Assembly (NCBI GenBank): GCA_963760795.1 | Contig: CAVXEP010000015.1 | Span: forward strand, 1 to 64,000 | Direction: 5' to 3' | Source of the DNA: an uncultured delta proteobacterium | GTDB lineage: Bacteria; Desulfobacterota; Binatia; UBA9968 | Length of the DNA: 64,000 nucleotides | In this document: piece by piece, positions 10,898 to 21,969 of the stretch | Layout of the letters: each line of letters starts with the position of its first letter | Numbering within the stretch: position 1 is the first letter of the stretch | Notes under the pieces: generated by a model | What the model saw: the letters and a program-made list of their open reading frames with translations, nothing else | What the model was told of the DNA's origin: nothing | The model's database searches: none | Made by a program: the position numbers and the translations under genes

Positions 10898-11818
10898 TCA
10901 CACGGGATAGAGCCAGCTGGCGTATTTTTCCGTGGCCTTGCCTTTGATGACATCGAAGAAAATATTTTGAATATCTTCGGTCACCGGGCCGCGCCGGCCG
11001 GCGCCGACCTGGCGGTCGTCGACTTCGCGGATCGGCGTCAGCTCGGCCGCCGTGCCGGTAAAAAACGCTTCGTCGGCGATGTAGATCTCATCGCGCGTGA
11101 AGCGTTCCTCGACGACCTGGTAACCTTTGTCGCGCGCCAAGGTGATGATCGATTCCCGCGTGATCCCCGGCAGGATCGATGTCAACGGCGTGGTTTTGAT
11201 TTTGCCGTGGCGCACGATAAAAATATTCTCGCCGCTCGCCTCCGAGACGTAGCCTTCGGTGTCGAGCATGATCGCTTCGTCGTAGCCGGCCTTTTTCACT
11301 TCAGCTTTGGCGAGCACCGAATTGACGTAGTTCGCCGAAGTCTTGCTCTTGGTCATAGTCGCGTTGACATGGTGCCGGGTGTAGGACGACACCTTGGCGC
11401 GAATGCCGTTCTTGATGCCATCGTCGCCCAGGTACGCGCCCCACGGCCACACCGCGATGCACACGTTGACCGGATTGTTGGGCGCGTAAATGCCCAATTC
11501 GCCGAGACCGAGAAAGGCCAACGGTCGAATGTAGCAGGCCTTGAGCTTGTTGGCGCGGATCACCGCCACCGTCGCTTGGCACATCTGCTCGACGGAATAG
11601 GGCAGCGGGAAACCGAGAATCTTCCCCGAGTCCGCCAGCCGCTGCATATGCTCTTGCAGGCGAAATACCGCCGAGCGGCCGTCGGCCAGTTCGTAGCAAC
11701 GGATACCTTCAAAATATCCCGTGCCGTAATGCAACCCATGGGAAAGCACATGGATCTTAGCGTCCTCCCACGGCACCAGCGCACCATCCATCCAGATTTT
11801 TTCGGTTTTGAGCGACAT
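10898..11818 (-). CDS. ilvE: Branched-chain amino acid aminotransferase
   Basis: [36 protein letters not shown]. Confidence 0.97.
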   Translation of the reverse strand: MSLKTEKIWMDGALVPWEDAKIHVLSHGLHYGTGYFEGIRCYELADGRSAVFRLQEHMQRLADSGKILGFPLPYSVEQMCQATVAVIRANKLKACYIRPLAFLGLGELGIYAPNNPVNVCIAVWPWGAYLGDDGIKNGIRAKVSSYTRHHVNATMTKSKTSANYVNSVLAKAEVKKAGYDEAIMLDTEGYVSEASGENIFIVRHGKIKTTPLTSILPGITRESIITLARDKGYQVVEERFTRDEIYIADEAFFTGTAAELTPIREVDDRQVGAGRRGPVTEDIQNIFFDVIKGKATEKYASWLYPV

Positions 11819-11894
11819 AACTATTCTTTCGAAATCTTGGCTCCAACAAATTTTCCGCCATTGTACGTTCCACAGCGGTTATCATCAAGCGCAT

Positions 11895-11927
11895 AAAAAA
11901 GGCCACCCGGTTGCCCGCGGTGGCCTT
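11895..11927 (-). terminator. Intrinsic terminator of hup
   Basis: AAGGCCACC...GGTGGCCTT stem followed by a T6 tract on the minus strand, just after the hup stop. Confidence 0.8.
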
Positions 11928-11945
11928 GACGGTCAAACCGTAAAA

Positions 11946-12215
11946 CTATAACCCCTTTTTCAGCACTGGCGCGGCTTTAAAACCGACGGTACGGCTGGCT
12001 TTGATGCTGATCACGTCGCCGGTTTGCGGATTGACGCCCTTGCGCGCCTTGCGCGAGCGCACGGTGAACGTGCCAAAACCGGGAACCTGAAATCGCTTAT
12101 TCTTGCGAATCGCCTTGGCGATCCCTTCGAAAGTTGCATCGACGGCCTCCCCGGCCGCGAGCTTCGTAATGTTGGCGCTCTTGGCCACCGCTTCGACTAA
12201 CTCTCCTTTGGTCAT
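11946..12215 (-). CDS. hup: DNA-binding protein HU
   Basis: MTKGELVEAVA, GFGTF, RKARKGVNPQTG. Confidence 0.96.
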   Translation of the reverse strand: MTKGELVEAVAKSANITKLAAGEAVDATFEGIAKAIRKNKRFQVPGFGTFTVRSRKARKGVNPQTGDVISIKASRTVGFKAAPVLKKGL

Positions 12216-12327
12216 TGCCTTTCACCTCCCTGTGATAAGCCCGTGAATATTCCAACCAAACGGCAGCCCCCGCAGCTTCAGAACAGTGGCAGATATTTCC
12301 CAATTCGCGGGAAAATGTCAACTCTAT

Positions 12328-13264
12328 TTACAGTGTTTTTGCCGCTTCGTGTAACAGGCCGTAGCGCACGCCTTGATCACTGACAACTACTTGGCTGGCG
12401 CCGAAACGTTCCATGATTTTTTCGATCAGATAAGCACCGGCAAAAATCACGTCGGCGCGCTTCGGCTCCAAGCCGACGATCTGCCTTGCGTTGGGCGATG
12501 GACTTTTCTTGCAGCAAAGCGACCTGGCGTTTCACTTCGGCCAAGGTCAGAACGCTGCCATGCACCTGGCTGTGGGAATAGCGCGCGAGTCTTTTCTCGA
12601 TGGCGGCCAGCGTCGTGAATGTTCCCGCGATACCGACTAGCGCGAGACTAGAACCTTGGGAAGAAAATGCCGCCGCGATGGGCGCCAGCGCGACATCCAC
12701 GGCGACAGCCATAGCGGCGAATTCCGCAGCGTGCACCGGATCAGCATGCAAATAACGCTCGGTCAAGCGCACCGAACCGACATCGATGCTTGCGGCGCGC
12801 GTCACACCGTCGTCGTTGCCAAAAATAAACTCCGTGCTGCCGCCGCCGATATCGATGACCAAGAGTTCACGGCCGAGCAGCGACAAGCCGCGCTGCACGG
12901 CGAGAAAAGAATATGCCGCTTCTTCGGCGCCGGAAATCACACGGATGTCGATGCCAAGTTTATTAAGAATCCGTGCCCGCACTTCCGCGCTATTCCTAGC
13001 ATCGCGCAACGCGCTGGTGCCGACGGCAGTGATCGCCTCGACGCCAAGATCGTGACAACGGTCGCGGAATTGGCCAAGGATCTCGATGGCGCGCGCTTCA
13101 CCGGCGGCGCCGATCATGCCGGTCTGGTCGACGCCCCGACCCAAGCCGGCGATTTCGGCCAAATCATCCAACACACGAAAGCGGCCGGTGTCTCGGATAT
13201 CGGCAATCAGGCAAAGAATCGTATTGGTGCCGACGTCGATGAAGGCGCCGCGGCACGGGCTCAT
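12328..13264 (-). CDS. ppx: Ppx/GppA family exopolyphosphatase (frameshift near 12480)
   Basis: IDVGTNT, GTSALRDARN, DIGGGSTE; corrected C-terminus VVVSDQGVRYGLLHEAAKTL* ends at 12328. Confidence 0.9.
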
Positions 13265-14628
13265 GGGACGGCCGCCGTTGCTGTGTCAATCGCTTCAGGA
13301 AATTCCGCCACGCCGGCGACAACGCCGATTTGGCCCAGCCATGCCGCCAAGTCGGCGAGAGCGCGCTGCGAATGCATTTCTTTTTTCGCCTTGCCGCGTA
13401 GCCGCATGGACAATGGCGGCAACAGGCCAAAGTTGACGTTCATCGGTTGAAACCGCTTGCGCTCCGGATCGGTGATATAACGCAACAGAGCGCCCAGCGC
13501 CGTGGTTGGCGGCGGCACCAGCAATGGTAGCGACGCGAGCAGACGCGCCGCATTGATGCCGGCGAGCATACCCATCGCCGCCGATTCGATGTAACCTTCG
13601 ACACCGGTCATTTGGCCGGCGAAAAACAGCGACTCGCGCTGGCGCCATTGCAGCGTCGGCGTCAGATGCTGCGGCGCGTTGATAAACGTGTTGCGGTGCA
13701 AGCTGCCGAGCCGGACAAACTCGGCGTTGGCCAGACCGGGAATCAGCGCAAACACGCGGCGCTGCTCGGGGTAGGTCATCTTGGTTTGAAAACCGACGAG
13801 ATTATAAAGCGTCTGCTCGCGATTCTCCTGGCGCAGTTGCACCACCGCATAGGGACGATTGCCGGTGCGCGGATCGATCAAGCCGACGGCGCGCATCGGC
13901 CCGAAGGCAAGAGTTTCTTTGCCGCGGTCGGCCATTTCTTCGATCGGCATACAGCCTTCGAAGGGAACGAAACGCTCGAAGCTATGGGTCGGCACACGCT
14001 GCGCCGCGATCAGCGCATCGATGAAACCGTAGTACTCTTCCCGCGTCAGCGGCAAATTGAGATAGTCGTCGCCGCCCTTGTCGTAACGCGACGCCCGGTA
14101 GGCGATGTTCATGTCCACCGACTCGGCGCTGACGATGGGCGATATGGCGTCGTAAAAATACAAATGCTCCTCGCCCAATTTCGCCGTCAAGTCGCGCGAC
14201 AGCTCGGCCGAAGTCAACGGACCGGTGGCGAGAATCACCACGCCGTCGTCAGGTATGGCGGTGACTTCTTGGCGGATAATTTCTACCTGCGGCAACGCTG
14301 AAACCGCCGCTGTCAAGGCGATGGCGAAGCGGTCGCGGTCCACCGCCAACGCCGAGCCCGCCGGCACGCGGTTGGCCTCGGCGACGCGCAGCACCAACGA
14401 ATCGAACTGGCGCATCTCCGCTTTGAGCAATCCCGCCGGCGCCGACAATGAATCGGAGCGCAACGAGTTGCTGCACACCAGCTCGCCGAAGTTCGCCGTC
14501 GCATGGGCCTCTGTCATGCGCTGCGGGCGCATTTCGTAAAGCTCCACCGCCACGCCCCGGCGCGCCAACTGCCACGCCGCCTCCGAGCCGGCCAAACCAC
14601 CGCCAATGATGCGCACAGAATTTTTCAT
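13261..14628 (-). CDS. trmFO: tRNA (uracil-5)-methyltransferase TrmFO (Gid)
   Basis: GGGLAGSEAA, ELVCSNSL, FEGCMPIE, GQMTGVEGY. Confidence 0.97.
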   Translation of the reverse strand: MKNSVRIIGGGLAGSEAAWQLARRGVAVELYEMRPQRMTEAHATANFGELVCSNSLRSDSLSAPAGLLKAEMRQFDSLVLRVAEANRVPAGSALAVDRDRFAIALTAAVSALPQVEIIRQEVTAIPDDGVVILATGPLTSAELSRDLTAKLGEEHLYFYDAISPIVSAESVDMNIAYRASRYDKGGDDYLNLPLTREEYYGFIDALIAAQRVPTHSFERFVPFEGCMPIEEMADRGKETLAFGPMRAVGLIDPRTGNRPYAVVQLRQENREQTLYNLVGFQTKMTYPEQRRVFALIPGLANAEFVRLGSLHRNTFINAPQHLTPTLQWRQRESLFFAGQMTGVEGYIESAAMGMLAGINAARLLASLPLLVPPPTTALGALLRYITDPERKRFQPMNVNFGLLPPLSMRLRGKAKKEMHSQRALADLAAWLGQIGVVAGVAEFPEAIDTATAAVP

Positions 14629-14775
14629 AATCGATTAGCTACCGTGAAAAAACGTCATATTCGAGGTTCGGTTCCGTCGACCACGAACCCTGAATACGAT
14701 CGCGACCAGCGGAATCTCTACCGTGGAGCGGAGGTCTTTGCAAGCAATTTGTGAACGTAGAAAGTGAAAACGGAA

Positions 14776-14799
14776 GGGCGAGTTTCAAACCCGCCCCAC
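14776..14799. repeat. REP-like palindrome
   Basis: GGGCGAGTTTCAAACCCGCCCCAC; the reverse complement starts GTGG and forms an imperfect hairpin. Confidence 0.55.
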
Positions 14800-14881
14800 A
14801 GATCCGACGCGCCTTTGCGTTCTTGGCGGTTTGATCTCCGCTGCCGAATCTCTTCCTCGGCTCCAGCGGCACTGAAGCAAA

Positions 14882-17191
14882 CTATTGTTCTGCCACTTGG
14901 ATCGAGTAGCCACACTCTTTTTTGTAGCAGCGGTGGCTGCGGCCGGTACGCTTGAGCACCTTCTCGACTAAGATCGGGCTGTCGCAGTCGGGACAGGGCG
15001 TCGGCATCGGTTTATCCCAGGTGGCGAATTTACATTCGGGATATCTATCGCAGCCGTAAAACATTTTGCCCCAGCGCGACTTGCGCTCTTTGATGTTGCC
15101 CTCTTTGCACTCCGGGCATTTGATGCCGAGATCCACCGGCTTTTGCAGGGGCTGAATGTTTTTGCAGTCGGGATAGCCGCTGCAACCGAGAAACTTGCCG
15201 AACTTGCCGAAGCGCAACAGCATTGGCTTGCCGCACTTCTCGCAGGCCTCGTCGACTTCTTCCTCTACGGCGATTTCAATCTCGCCCTTGTCGTCGCGCT
15301 TGAAGTTCTTGGTGTTCTTGCACTCGGGGTAACTCGGACAGGCGATGAATTCGCCATTGCGCCCCCACTTGACCACCATCAGCTTGCCACACTTCTCGCA
15401 GGCGATGTCGGTGGGCACTTCCTGCCGTTTGACATCGCGCATCTCTTTCTCGGCTTTCTTGAGATCGAGCGCGAACGGCGTGTAGAACCGCTTCATCGTC
15501 TTGGTCCACTTTTCCTTGCCGTCCTCGATCTTGTCGAGCTGGTCTTCCATGCTGGCGGTGAACTCCACGTTGAGAATGTCGGGGAAACTCTCGACTAGGA
15601 GATCGTTCACCAAAAAGCCCAAATCCGTCGGCACCAACTGGCGGCTCTCGTTTTGCGCGACATACTCGCGGTCGAGAATATTGGAAATGATCGCGGCGTA
15701 GGTCGACGGCCGGCCGATGCCTTTTTCGTCAAGCTCTTTGATCAACGACGCCTGGGTAAAACGGGGGGGCGGCTGGGTGAAATGCTGGCGCGGCTCGATG
15801 GATTGCAATTTGAGCGCATCGCCCTTTTGCAGATCCGGCAGCACGCCGTCGAGATCCTGCACCTCATCCTCATCGTCGTCATTGTTCTGACTGGCGCGCT
15901 CGTCGCGCCCCTCGATGTAGACTTTCATGAACCCGTCGAACTTGATCTGCTGGCCGTTGGCGCGGAACACCGCTTCATTCACCGGAATCTCGAAGGCGGT
16001 CTGATCGTACACCGCCGGCACCATCTGACTGGCGACGAAGCGATCCCAAATCAAGGAATAGAGCTGAAACATGTCGCGGCGCAGGTAACGCCGCACTTTA
16101 TCGGGCGTATATTCCGTTGAAGTCGGCCGGATCGCCTCGTGGGCATCCTGTGCGCCTTTCTTCGAGCGAAAGGTGTTGGGCTTGCCCGGCACATAGTTCT
16201 TGCCGTACTGGCCTTGGATAAAACCGCGCACGGCGCCGATGGCATCGTCGGAGATCCGCGTCGAATCGGTACGCATATAGGTGATCAACCCCACCGATCC
16301 TTCGCTGCCGAGTTCGACGCCCTCGTAAAGGTGCTGCGCCAACTGCATGGTGCGCTTGGGTTGGAAACCCAACTTACGCGACGCTTCCTGTTGCAGTTTG
16401 CTGGTGACGAACGGCGGCGCGGGAAAACGGCGCCGCTCTTTCTTTTCAACATCGCCGATCACCCACGACGCACCTTCGAGGGATTTGACGATGGTTTGAA
16501 CCGTTGCGTCGTTTTCCAGACGAAACTTCTTGTTGTCGACCTTCTGGTTTTTCCATTGAACCAGTTTGGCTTTGAACGGCGGCGGTAAGCGCCCTTCCAA
16601 CGATGCCGTCAGCGACCAATACTCGACCGGTTCGAAGGCCCGCACTTCTCGCTCGCGCTCGCAAACCATTCGCACCGCCACCGACTGGACCCGGCCAGCG
16701 CTTAGACCGCGCCGCACCTTGGTCCATAAGATCGGACTGATCTTATAGCCGACCAGACGGTCGAGCACCCGGCGCGCCACCTGGGCGTCAAATTTATTGC
16801 GATCCAACGTCAGCGGATTGGCAATCGCAGCCTGCACCGCCTTCTTGGTGATTTCGTTGATCAGCACGCGATGGACATGCTTGTGATTTTTCACCACTTG
16901 GCTGGCGATATGCCAGGCGATCGCTTCACCTTCGCGATCCGGATCGGAGGCCAGATAGATATTCTCTTTGCCCTTGGCGGCTTTTTTCAAATCGTCGATG
17001 ACTTTTTTCTTGCCGAGAATGACCGTGAAGTCGGGCGCGAAATCTTTTTTGATATCGACGCCAAGCTTGCTCTTGGGCAGATCGATAAGATGGCCCACCG
17101 ACGCTTTAACTTGAAAATCACGGCCCAAATATTTCTCCAAGGTCTTGGCCTTGGCCGGCGATTCGACGATGACTAGGTTCTTTGCTGGCAT
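14882..17191 (-). CDS. topA: DNA topoisomerase I
   Basis: IVESPAKAKT, DPDREGEAIA, SAGRVQS, ITYMRTDS, C-terminal C4 zinc ribbons. Confidence 0.98.
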   Translation of the reverse strand: MPAKNLVIVESPAKAKTLEKYLGRDFQVKASVGHLIDLPKSKLGVDIKKDFAPDFTVILGKKKVIDDLKKAAKGKENIYLASDPDREGEAIAWHIASQVVKNHKHVHRVLINEITKKAVQAAIANPLTLDRNKFDAQVARRVLDRLVGYKISPILWTKVRRGLSAGRVQSVAVRMVCEREREVRAFEPVEYWSLTASLEGRLPPPFKAKLVQWKNQKVDNKKFRLENDATVQTIVKSLEGASWVIGDVEKKERRRFPAPPFVTSKLQQEASRKLGFQPKRTMQLAQHLYEGVELGSEGSVGLITYMRTDSTRISDDAIGAVRGFIQGQYGKNYVPGKPNTFRSKKGAQDAHEAIRPTSTEYTPDKVRRYLRRDMFQLYSLIWDRFVASQMVPAVYDQTAFEIPVNEAVFRANGQQIKFDGFMKVYIEGRDERASQNNDDDEDEVQDLDGVLPDLQKGDALKLQSIEPRQHFTQPPPRFTQASLIKELDEKGIGRPSTYAAIISNILDREYVAQNESRQLVPTDLGFLVNDLLVESFPDILNVEFTASMEDQLDKIEDGKEKWTKTMKRFYTPFALDLKKAEKEMRDVKRQEVPTDIACEKCGKLMVVKWGRNGEFIACPSYPECKNTKNFKRDDKGEIEIAVEEEVDEACEKCGKPMLLRFGKFGKFLGCSGYPDCKNIQPLQKPVDLGIKCPECKEGNIKERKSRWGKMFYGCDRYPECKFATWDKPMPTPCPDCDSPILVEKVLKRTGRSHRCYKKECGYSIQVAEQ

Positions 17192-17236
17192 AATCGTTAG
17201 CTCACAATGGGGACTGATGACGCTTGCGGTCTCGCG

Positions 17237-18391
17237 TTATCTTTCGATTGTATAGATTTTTCCCGGCAATTGCCTCAAATATCCCTGCAACTCCAGGTCC
17301 AAAAGAATTCCGAGCACTTGCGCGGACACAAGCCCGCTGTTTTCAATAATTTCGTCGATCTGCAATGAACGCTCTTGCAGCAGGGCGAAGACTTTCTGCA
17401 CCGCCGCACTGCTGTTTTGCGGCAGCTGCCGCGCTTCAGTTTTGCCGGCGCCGCCGGTCTGGCGCGCCAACTGGGGCGCGATCTCTTCTATGATGTCGTC
17501 AACGGTCTCGACCAACTTCGCCCCTTGGCGGATCAGCCGGTGCGCGCCTCGGCTGCGGCTGGAGCCGACTTCACCGGGAACGGCGAACACTTCGCGTCCC
17601 TGATCGACGGCGAGCGACGCGGTAATCAACGAACCGCTTTTTTCCGTCGCCTCGACCACCACCACACCCAACGACAAGCCGCTGATCAAGCGATTGCGCG
17701 CCGGAAAATTAAACGTCATCGGCTTGGTGCCCAAGGGCAATTCGGAAATCACCGCGCCCTGATCGGCGATGCGCTGATAAAGCTTATCGTGCTCCGGCGG
17801 ATAGGCGCGCTCGACGCCGGAACCCAACACCGCGATGGTGCGCCCGCGGCAATTCAATGCGGTCTCATGGGCCATACCGTCGATACCGCGCGCCATGCCG
17901 CTGACGACGGTGAAGCCAAAGGACGTCAAGCCGCGCGCCAAATCGCGCGCCACGCGTCGGCCATAGTCACTGGCGCTGCGCGAGCCGACGATCGCCACAG
18001 CCTTGTCGTCAGCGTCGGTCAAAGCTCCCTTAACGTAAAGCAGCGGCGGCGGATCGGCGATGGTGCGCAGCCGCGCCGGATAATCGGCGTCGGTGTAACG
18101 CACCAGGATAATGCCGGCACTGCGAATGCGCTTGAGATCACTGTCAACTTCGGCCCACTGAGAAAAACCGACAATGCCGTCGATGGCATCGTGTTGCAGG
18201 CCTTCGATAGCGGCAAGCTCGCTCGGCGCCGCCGCTAGGGCTCGGGTCGGATCGCCAAAATGGGCGACGAGCTTTTTGAAGCCCACGCAACCCAGTCCTT
18301 TAACGCGCGCCAACGCCAGCCACGGCTCATGCTCGCCCGGCATTGCTGTCGATGAGACTCTTTCAGCAAATGATAACGAAGGCTGAATCAT
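17237..18391 (-). CDS. dprA: DNA-processing protein DprA
   Basis: VSGMARGIDG, FPARNRLISGLS, VEATEKSGSLITA; directly upstream of topA. Confidence 0.97.
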   Translation of the reverse strand: MIQPSLSFAERVSSTAMPGEHEPWLALARVKGLGCVGFKKLVAHFGDPTRALAAAPSELAAIEGLQHDAIDGIVGFSQWAEVDSDLKRIRSAGIILVRYTDADYPARLRTIADPPPLLYVKGALTDADDKAVAIVGSRSASDYGRRVARDLARGLTSFGFTVVSGMARGIDGMAHETALNCRGRTIAVLGSGVERAYPPEHDKLYQRIADQGAVISELPLGTKPMTFNFPARNRLISGLSLGVVVVEATEKSGSLITASLAVDQGREVFAVPGEVGSSRSRGAHRLIRQGAKLVETVDDIIEEIAPQLARQTGGAGKTEARQLPQNSSAAVQKVFALLQERSLQIDEIIENSGLVSAQVLGILLDLELQGYLRQLPGKIYTIER

Positions 18392-18582
18392 GTTCGTCCG
18401 CGCTTTGTCAAACCACGCCCCCTACCAACGAGTCACGAATAATAAAATAAATGTTCGGCGAAGGCTAGGCGATAGACGAAATTGATCCGCCGATCAAGTG
18501 AAAGCTTCTGTTTTTACAAAACTTTTTACCGCATGGCGCAGTTTATGGCCATGCGCTAACCGGCAAACCTAGCTGCGATGGA

Positions 18583-20011
18583 CTATCTTGCCGAGCGCGA
18601 TCGCTTGGGCGAGTTACCTCTTCGTTTAATCATTGACGGCTCGCGCCGGGCGCGAAAGTGCAGCCGAATCGGCGCATTGAGAAAGCCCAACTGCTGGCGC
18701 AGCTGATTGACCAGATATTTTTGATAACTTTCCAGGATGCCGTCCGGCTTGTTGACGAAGAACGTAAATGTCGGCGGCGCGATGCCAGTCTGCGTGCCGT
18801 AGTAAAACTTCACCGGATGGTTGCGAAAAAGCGGCACGGTGTGAGCCTGGACGATCTCTTGCAGCGCTTGGTTCAGCGAAGAGGTCGACACCTTGCGCCG
18901 GTACACTTGCACCAGCCGCGCCGCGCTTTCGAGCATTTTGCGCACGCCGAAACCGGTCGCCGCCGAAATAAACGCGATCGGCACATATTCCAGAAACGCC
19001 AAGCGGTAATTTATTTCGTCGCGATATTTATCGGTGTCGCCGCCGGTTTGTCGCACCACATCCCACTTATTGACCACCAGCAAAATCGCCTTGCCGCGCT
19101 GCACGGCATAGCTCAGGATCTGCGCATCCTGGTCGGTGACATTCTCCGGGCCGTCGATGATATGAATAATTAAATCGCCGCGATCGACGGCATTGAGCGA
19201 ACGGCTGACGCTGAATCGTTCGATGCGGTCGTCGATACGCGCTTTGCGCCGAATCCCGGCAGTGTCGACGAGCACGCAAGGCTCGCCGCGCAATTCAAAG
19301 GGAGTGTCGACGGCATCGCGGGTCGTCCCCGGTGTGGCGTCAACCACCGAACGCTCGAAGCCGAGCAAACGATTGGTTAACGTCGATTTGCCAACATTGG
19401 GCCGGCCGACGATGGCGACCCGTAGCGGCGGCGGTATTTTCACCGTGTCGTCTGCTTCGCTGTCGATGTTGGGCGCAAGATGCTGCACCACATCGTCCAT
19501 CAAATCGGGAATGCCCAAACCATGTTCGGCGGAGATCGAATAGAGCTTGTCCAAACCGAGGGCGTAGAATTCGTAAAGATTGTTTTCGCGCTGGCGCGAG
19601 TCGAGCTTGTTGACCGCGTAGAACACCGGCTTGTCGGTTTGGCGCAACTGTCCCGCCGCTTCGGCGTCCAACGGATTGAGCCCGCCCTTGCCGTCGAGCA
19701 GAAACATGATGACATCGGCTTCCGCCACCGCCAAATGGCTCTGCGCTTGGACGTTTTCTTCCAACTTGCCGGCGCTGTCGGACTCCAGGCCGCCAGTGTC
19801 GACGAGCAAGAATCTCCTGCCGGCCCAGATCGCTTCGGCGTAGTTACGGTCGCGGGTCACGCCCGGCAGGTTATCGACAATCGCCCGCCGTTCGCCCACC
19901 AGCCGGTTGAAAAATGTCGACTTGCCGACGTTGGGCCGGCCGACGATCGCGACTATCGGCAGATTACGCGGCAGTTCGCGCGACGCGGTTGCGGCGCAAT
20001 GACTGGATCAT
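18583..20011 (-). CDS. der: Ribosome biogenesis GTPase Der (probable indel just after ATG 20011)
   Basis: Two GTPase domains, each with GRPNVGKS, DTGG/DTAG and NKxD; the first P-loop lies upstream of the listed ORF start. Confidence 0.96.
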
Positions 20012-20015
20012 GGTT

Positions 20016-20933
20016 TCACAATCCCATCTCGGCGAGTGAATTTGGATTCTGCGTCCAGCCCGGATCGACGCGGATGAATAATTCAAGAAAAACCCGGCAG
20101 CCGAAAATCTTCTCCAACTCCTCGCGCGCTTGCTGGCCGATCTCCTTGAGCATGGCGCCGCGCTTGCCGATCAAGATTCCCTTGTGCGAATCGCGTTCAG
20201 TATGGATGGTCGCAGCGATGACGATGAGATTTTTTTCGGTCTTTTCGGTGAACTCATCGATGGTCACCGCCACGCCGTAGGGAATTTCTTCGCGGGTCAG
20301 CAAAAAAACTTTCTCGCGAACGATTTCGGAGGCGAGGAAGCGCTCCGACTGATCGGTGTACTCACCGTCAGTGAAAAACGGCGGCCCTTCCGGCAGCCAT
20401 TTCTCGACCATCGACAGTACCAAATCGACGCCGTCGCCTTTGAGCGCGCATACCGGCACGATCTCTTTATCCGGCAGCAGCTGAGCGCAGCGCTCCATCA
20501 ACGGCAACAGCTTACCCTTGGAGACCATATCGATCTTGTTGATGAGGATCAGCACCGGCGTCTCGACGCCGCGCAGAGTCTCGGCGATACGCTCTTCTTC
20601 CTGTTTGATCTTGTCATGGGCATCGAGCAGCCAGATGACGCCGTCAACTTCGTCCAAGGTCTGTAGCGCGATATCGACCATGCGCCGGTTCATCAATGAA
20701 TGGCCGGAGTGAATCCCCGGCGTGTCGAGAAAAACGATTTGCGACGCAGCCGTCGTGCGAATACCGGTGATGCGATTACGCGTCGTCTGCGGTTTGGGCG
20801 AGACGATGGCGACCTTTTCACCGAGGATTTGGTTGAGCAAGGTTGACTTGCCGACGTTGGGCCGGCCGACGATAGCGATGTAGCCGCAGTGAAACGGCGT
20901 ATTTTCCTTGTTCTGGTTATTTTCCTCTGCCAT
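20016..20933 (-). CDS. era: GTPase Era
   Basis: GRPNVGKS, KPQTTR, DTPG, KH domain HKGILIGKRG. Confidence 0.97.
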   Translation of the reverse strand: MAEENNQNKENTPFHCGYIAIVGRPNVGKSTLLNQILGEKVAIVSPKPQTTRNRITGIRTTAASQIVFLDTPGIHSGHSLMNRRMVDIALQTLDEVDGVIWLLDAHDKIKQEEERIAETLRGVETPVLILINKIDMVSKGKLLPLMERCAQLLPDKEIVPVCALKGDGVDLVLSMVEKWLPEGPPFFTDGEYTDQSERFLASEIVREKVFLLTREEIPYGVAVTIDEFTEKTEKNLIVIAATIHTERDSHKGILIGKRGAMLKEIGQQAREELEKIFGCRVFLELFIRVDPGWTQNPNSLAEMGL

Positions 20934-21010
20934 AACTGTCCATGGACGAACTCGGGCATTATGACACTAACGACCCGCCGTGCAAGGTTGCAATAAAAAG
21001 CCAATAAATC

Positions 21011-21592
21011 ATGCCGCTTAGACTCACGCCGCAGATGAAACAGCGCCTGACGCGCCGCACTTTGGAGATGGTCCAGCGCGCGCTCGGCTATTTTCCTGAG
21101 TTGAAGGACGCGGCGATCACCATCGGCTACACGCGCAAACATTTGGGCAGCGCCACCGTAATTTACCGCAAAGGCGAGCTGTACCGGCTAATTATTAGAT
21201 TGAGAGTGCGCAAGGTCACTTATCACACCATCGGCCACGAACTAACCCATCTGGTGCAAGGCTTAGCCTACGGTGAGCGCTTCAGTACCCGCAGTGCCGA
21301 TCCCGAGCGCATCCCGACCGGCGAAACCCAGTGCGATATCTGGACTTTAGCCCGCGACCCGCTATTCCTGGACGACCCGCCGACCTACATAAAAATGCCG
21401 CGCATCATGCGCCAACGCTGGCCGGACTACGCCGAGTCGGTGCGCGAGTTATGCATCGCCGCCATCGACAAACGCCACACCCAGCGCCAATACATCCGCT
21501 GGCTGGAGCGGGAAATTGGCCAGCTGGCCAAAACTCCGAAACGTGAGAAATCTAGCGACGCAGCGCAGCTGTTTCTGCCGTTCGTGATTTGA
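21011..21592 (+). CDS. Hypothetical protein with an HExxH zincin-like motif
   Basis: TIGHELTHLVQ with downstream E..CD; clean ORF divergent from era. Confidence 0.75.
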   Translation: MPLRLTPQMKQRLTRRTLEMVQRALGYFPELKDAAITIGYTRKHLGSATVIYRKGELYRLIIRLRVRKVTYHTIGHELTHLVQGLAYGERFSTRSADPERIPTGETQCDIWTLARDPLFLDDPPTYIKMPRIMRQRWPDYAESVRELCIAAIDKRHTQRQYIRWLEREIGQLAKTPKREKSSDAAQLFLPFVI

Positions 21593-21642
21593 CAGGATTC
21601 GACCTCGCCTAGGGATTCGTACCGACAGCCATCTTTCCGATC

Positions 21643-21697
21643 AAAGGAGCGCGGATATTCCTGTCCGCGATGCGGGTTGGAAAACCCGCGCTCCTTT
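21643..21697. repeat. REP-like inverted pair, probable bidirectional terminator
   Basis: AAAGGAGCGCGG...CCGCGCTCCTTT perfect 12 bp stem with internal hairpins, between convergent genes. Confidence 0.65.
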
Positions 21698-21969
21698 TAA
21701 ATGCGCAGAAGCCCGTTTCAGATCAAAAAGAGATTCAACCGCAAAACACCTCCACGACACGAAAGTTTGGAAAATCTCCGGTCTCGATTTTCGTGTGTTT
21801 CGTGCTTTTCGTGGTTAAATCCTGCTTAAGCATTTTTCTGACCTAGCGTCGTAGAATGGGTGGAGTAATCCAAGAGAGCGGGTTTCGAACCCACCGCTAC
21901 AATCGGATATTCATGTTGCGTTTTTTGCGGCCAATATTCCGAATCGGAATCCCGCTGTCGTTGCTTTCC

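Noticed and set aside
12290-12321. hup promoter (perfect TTGACA)
   Set aside because: No convincing -10 element at normal spacing.
13261-18391. dprA-topA-trmFO cluster as a novel system
   Set aside because: This is a well-known conserved gene order.
21850-21905. tRNA-like GGGTTTCGAACCC sequence
   Set aside because: No cloverleaf or acceptor stem can be built; it looks like a REP-like hairpin.
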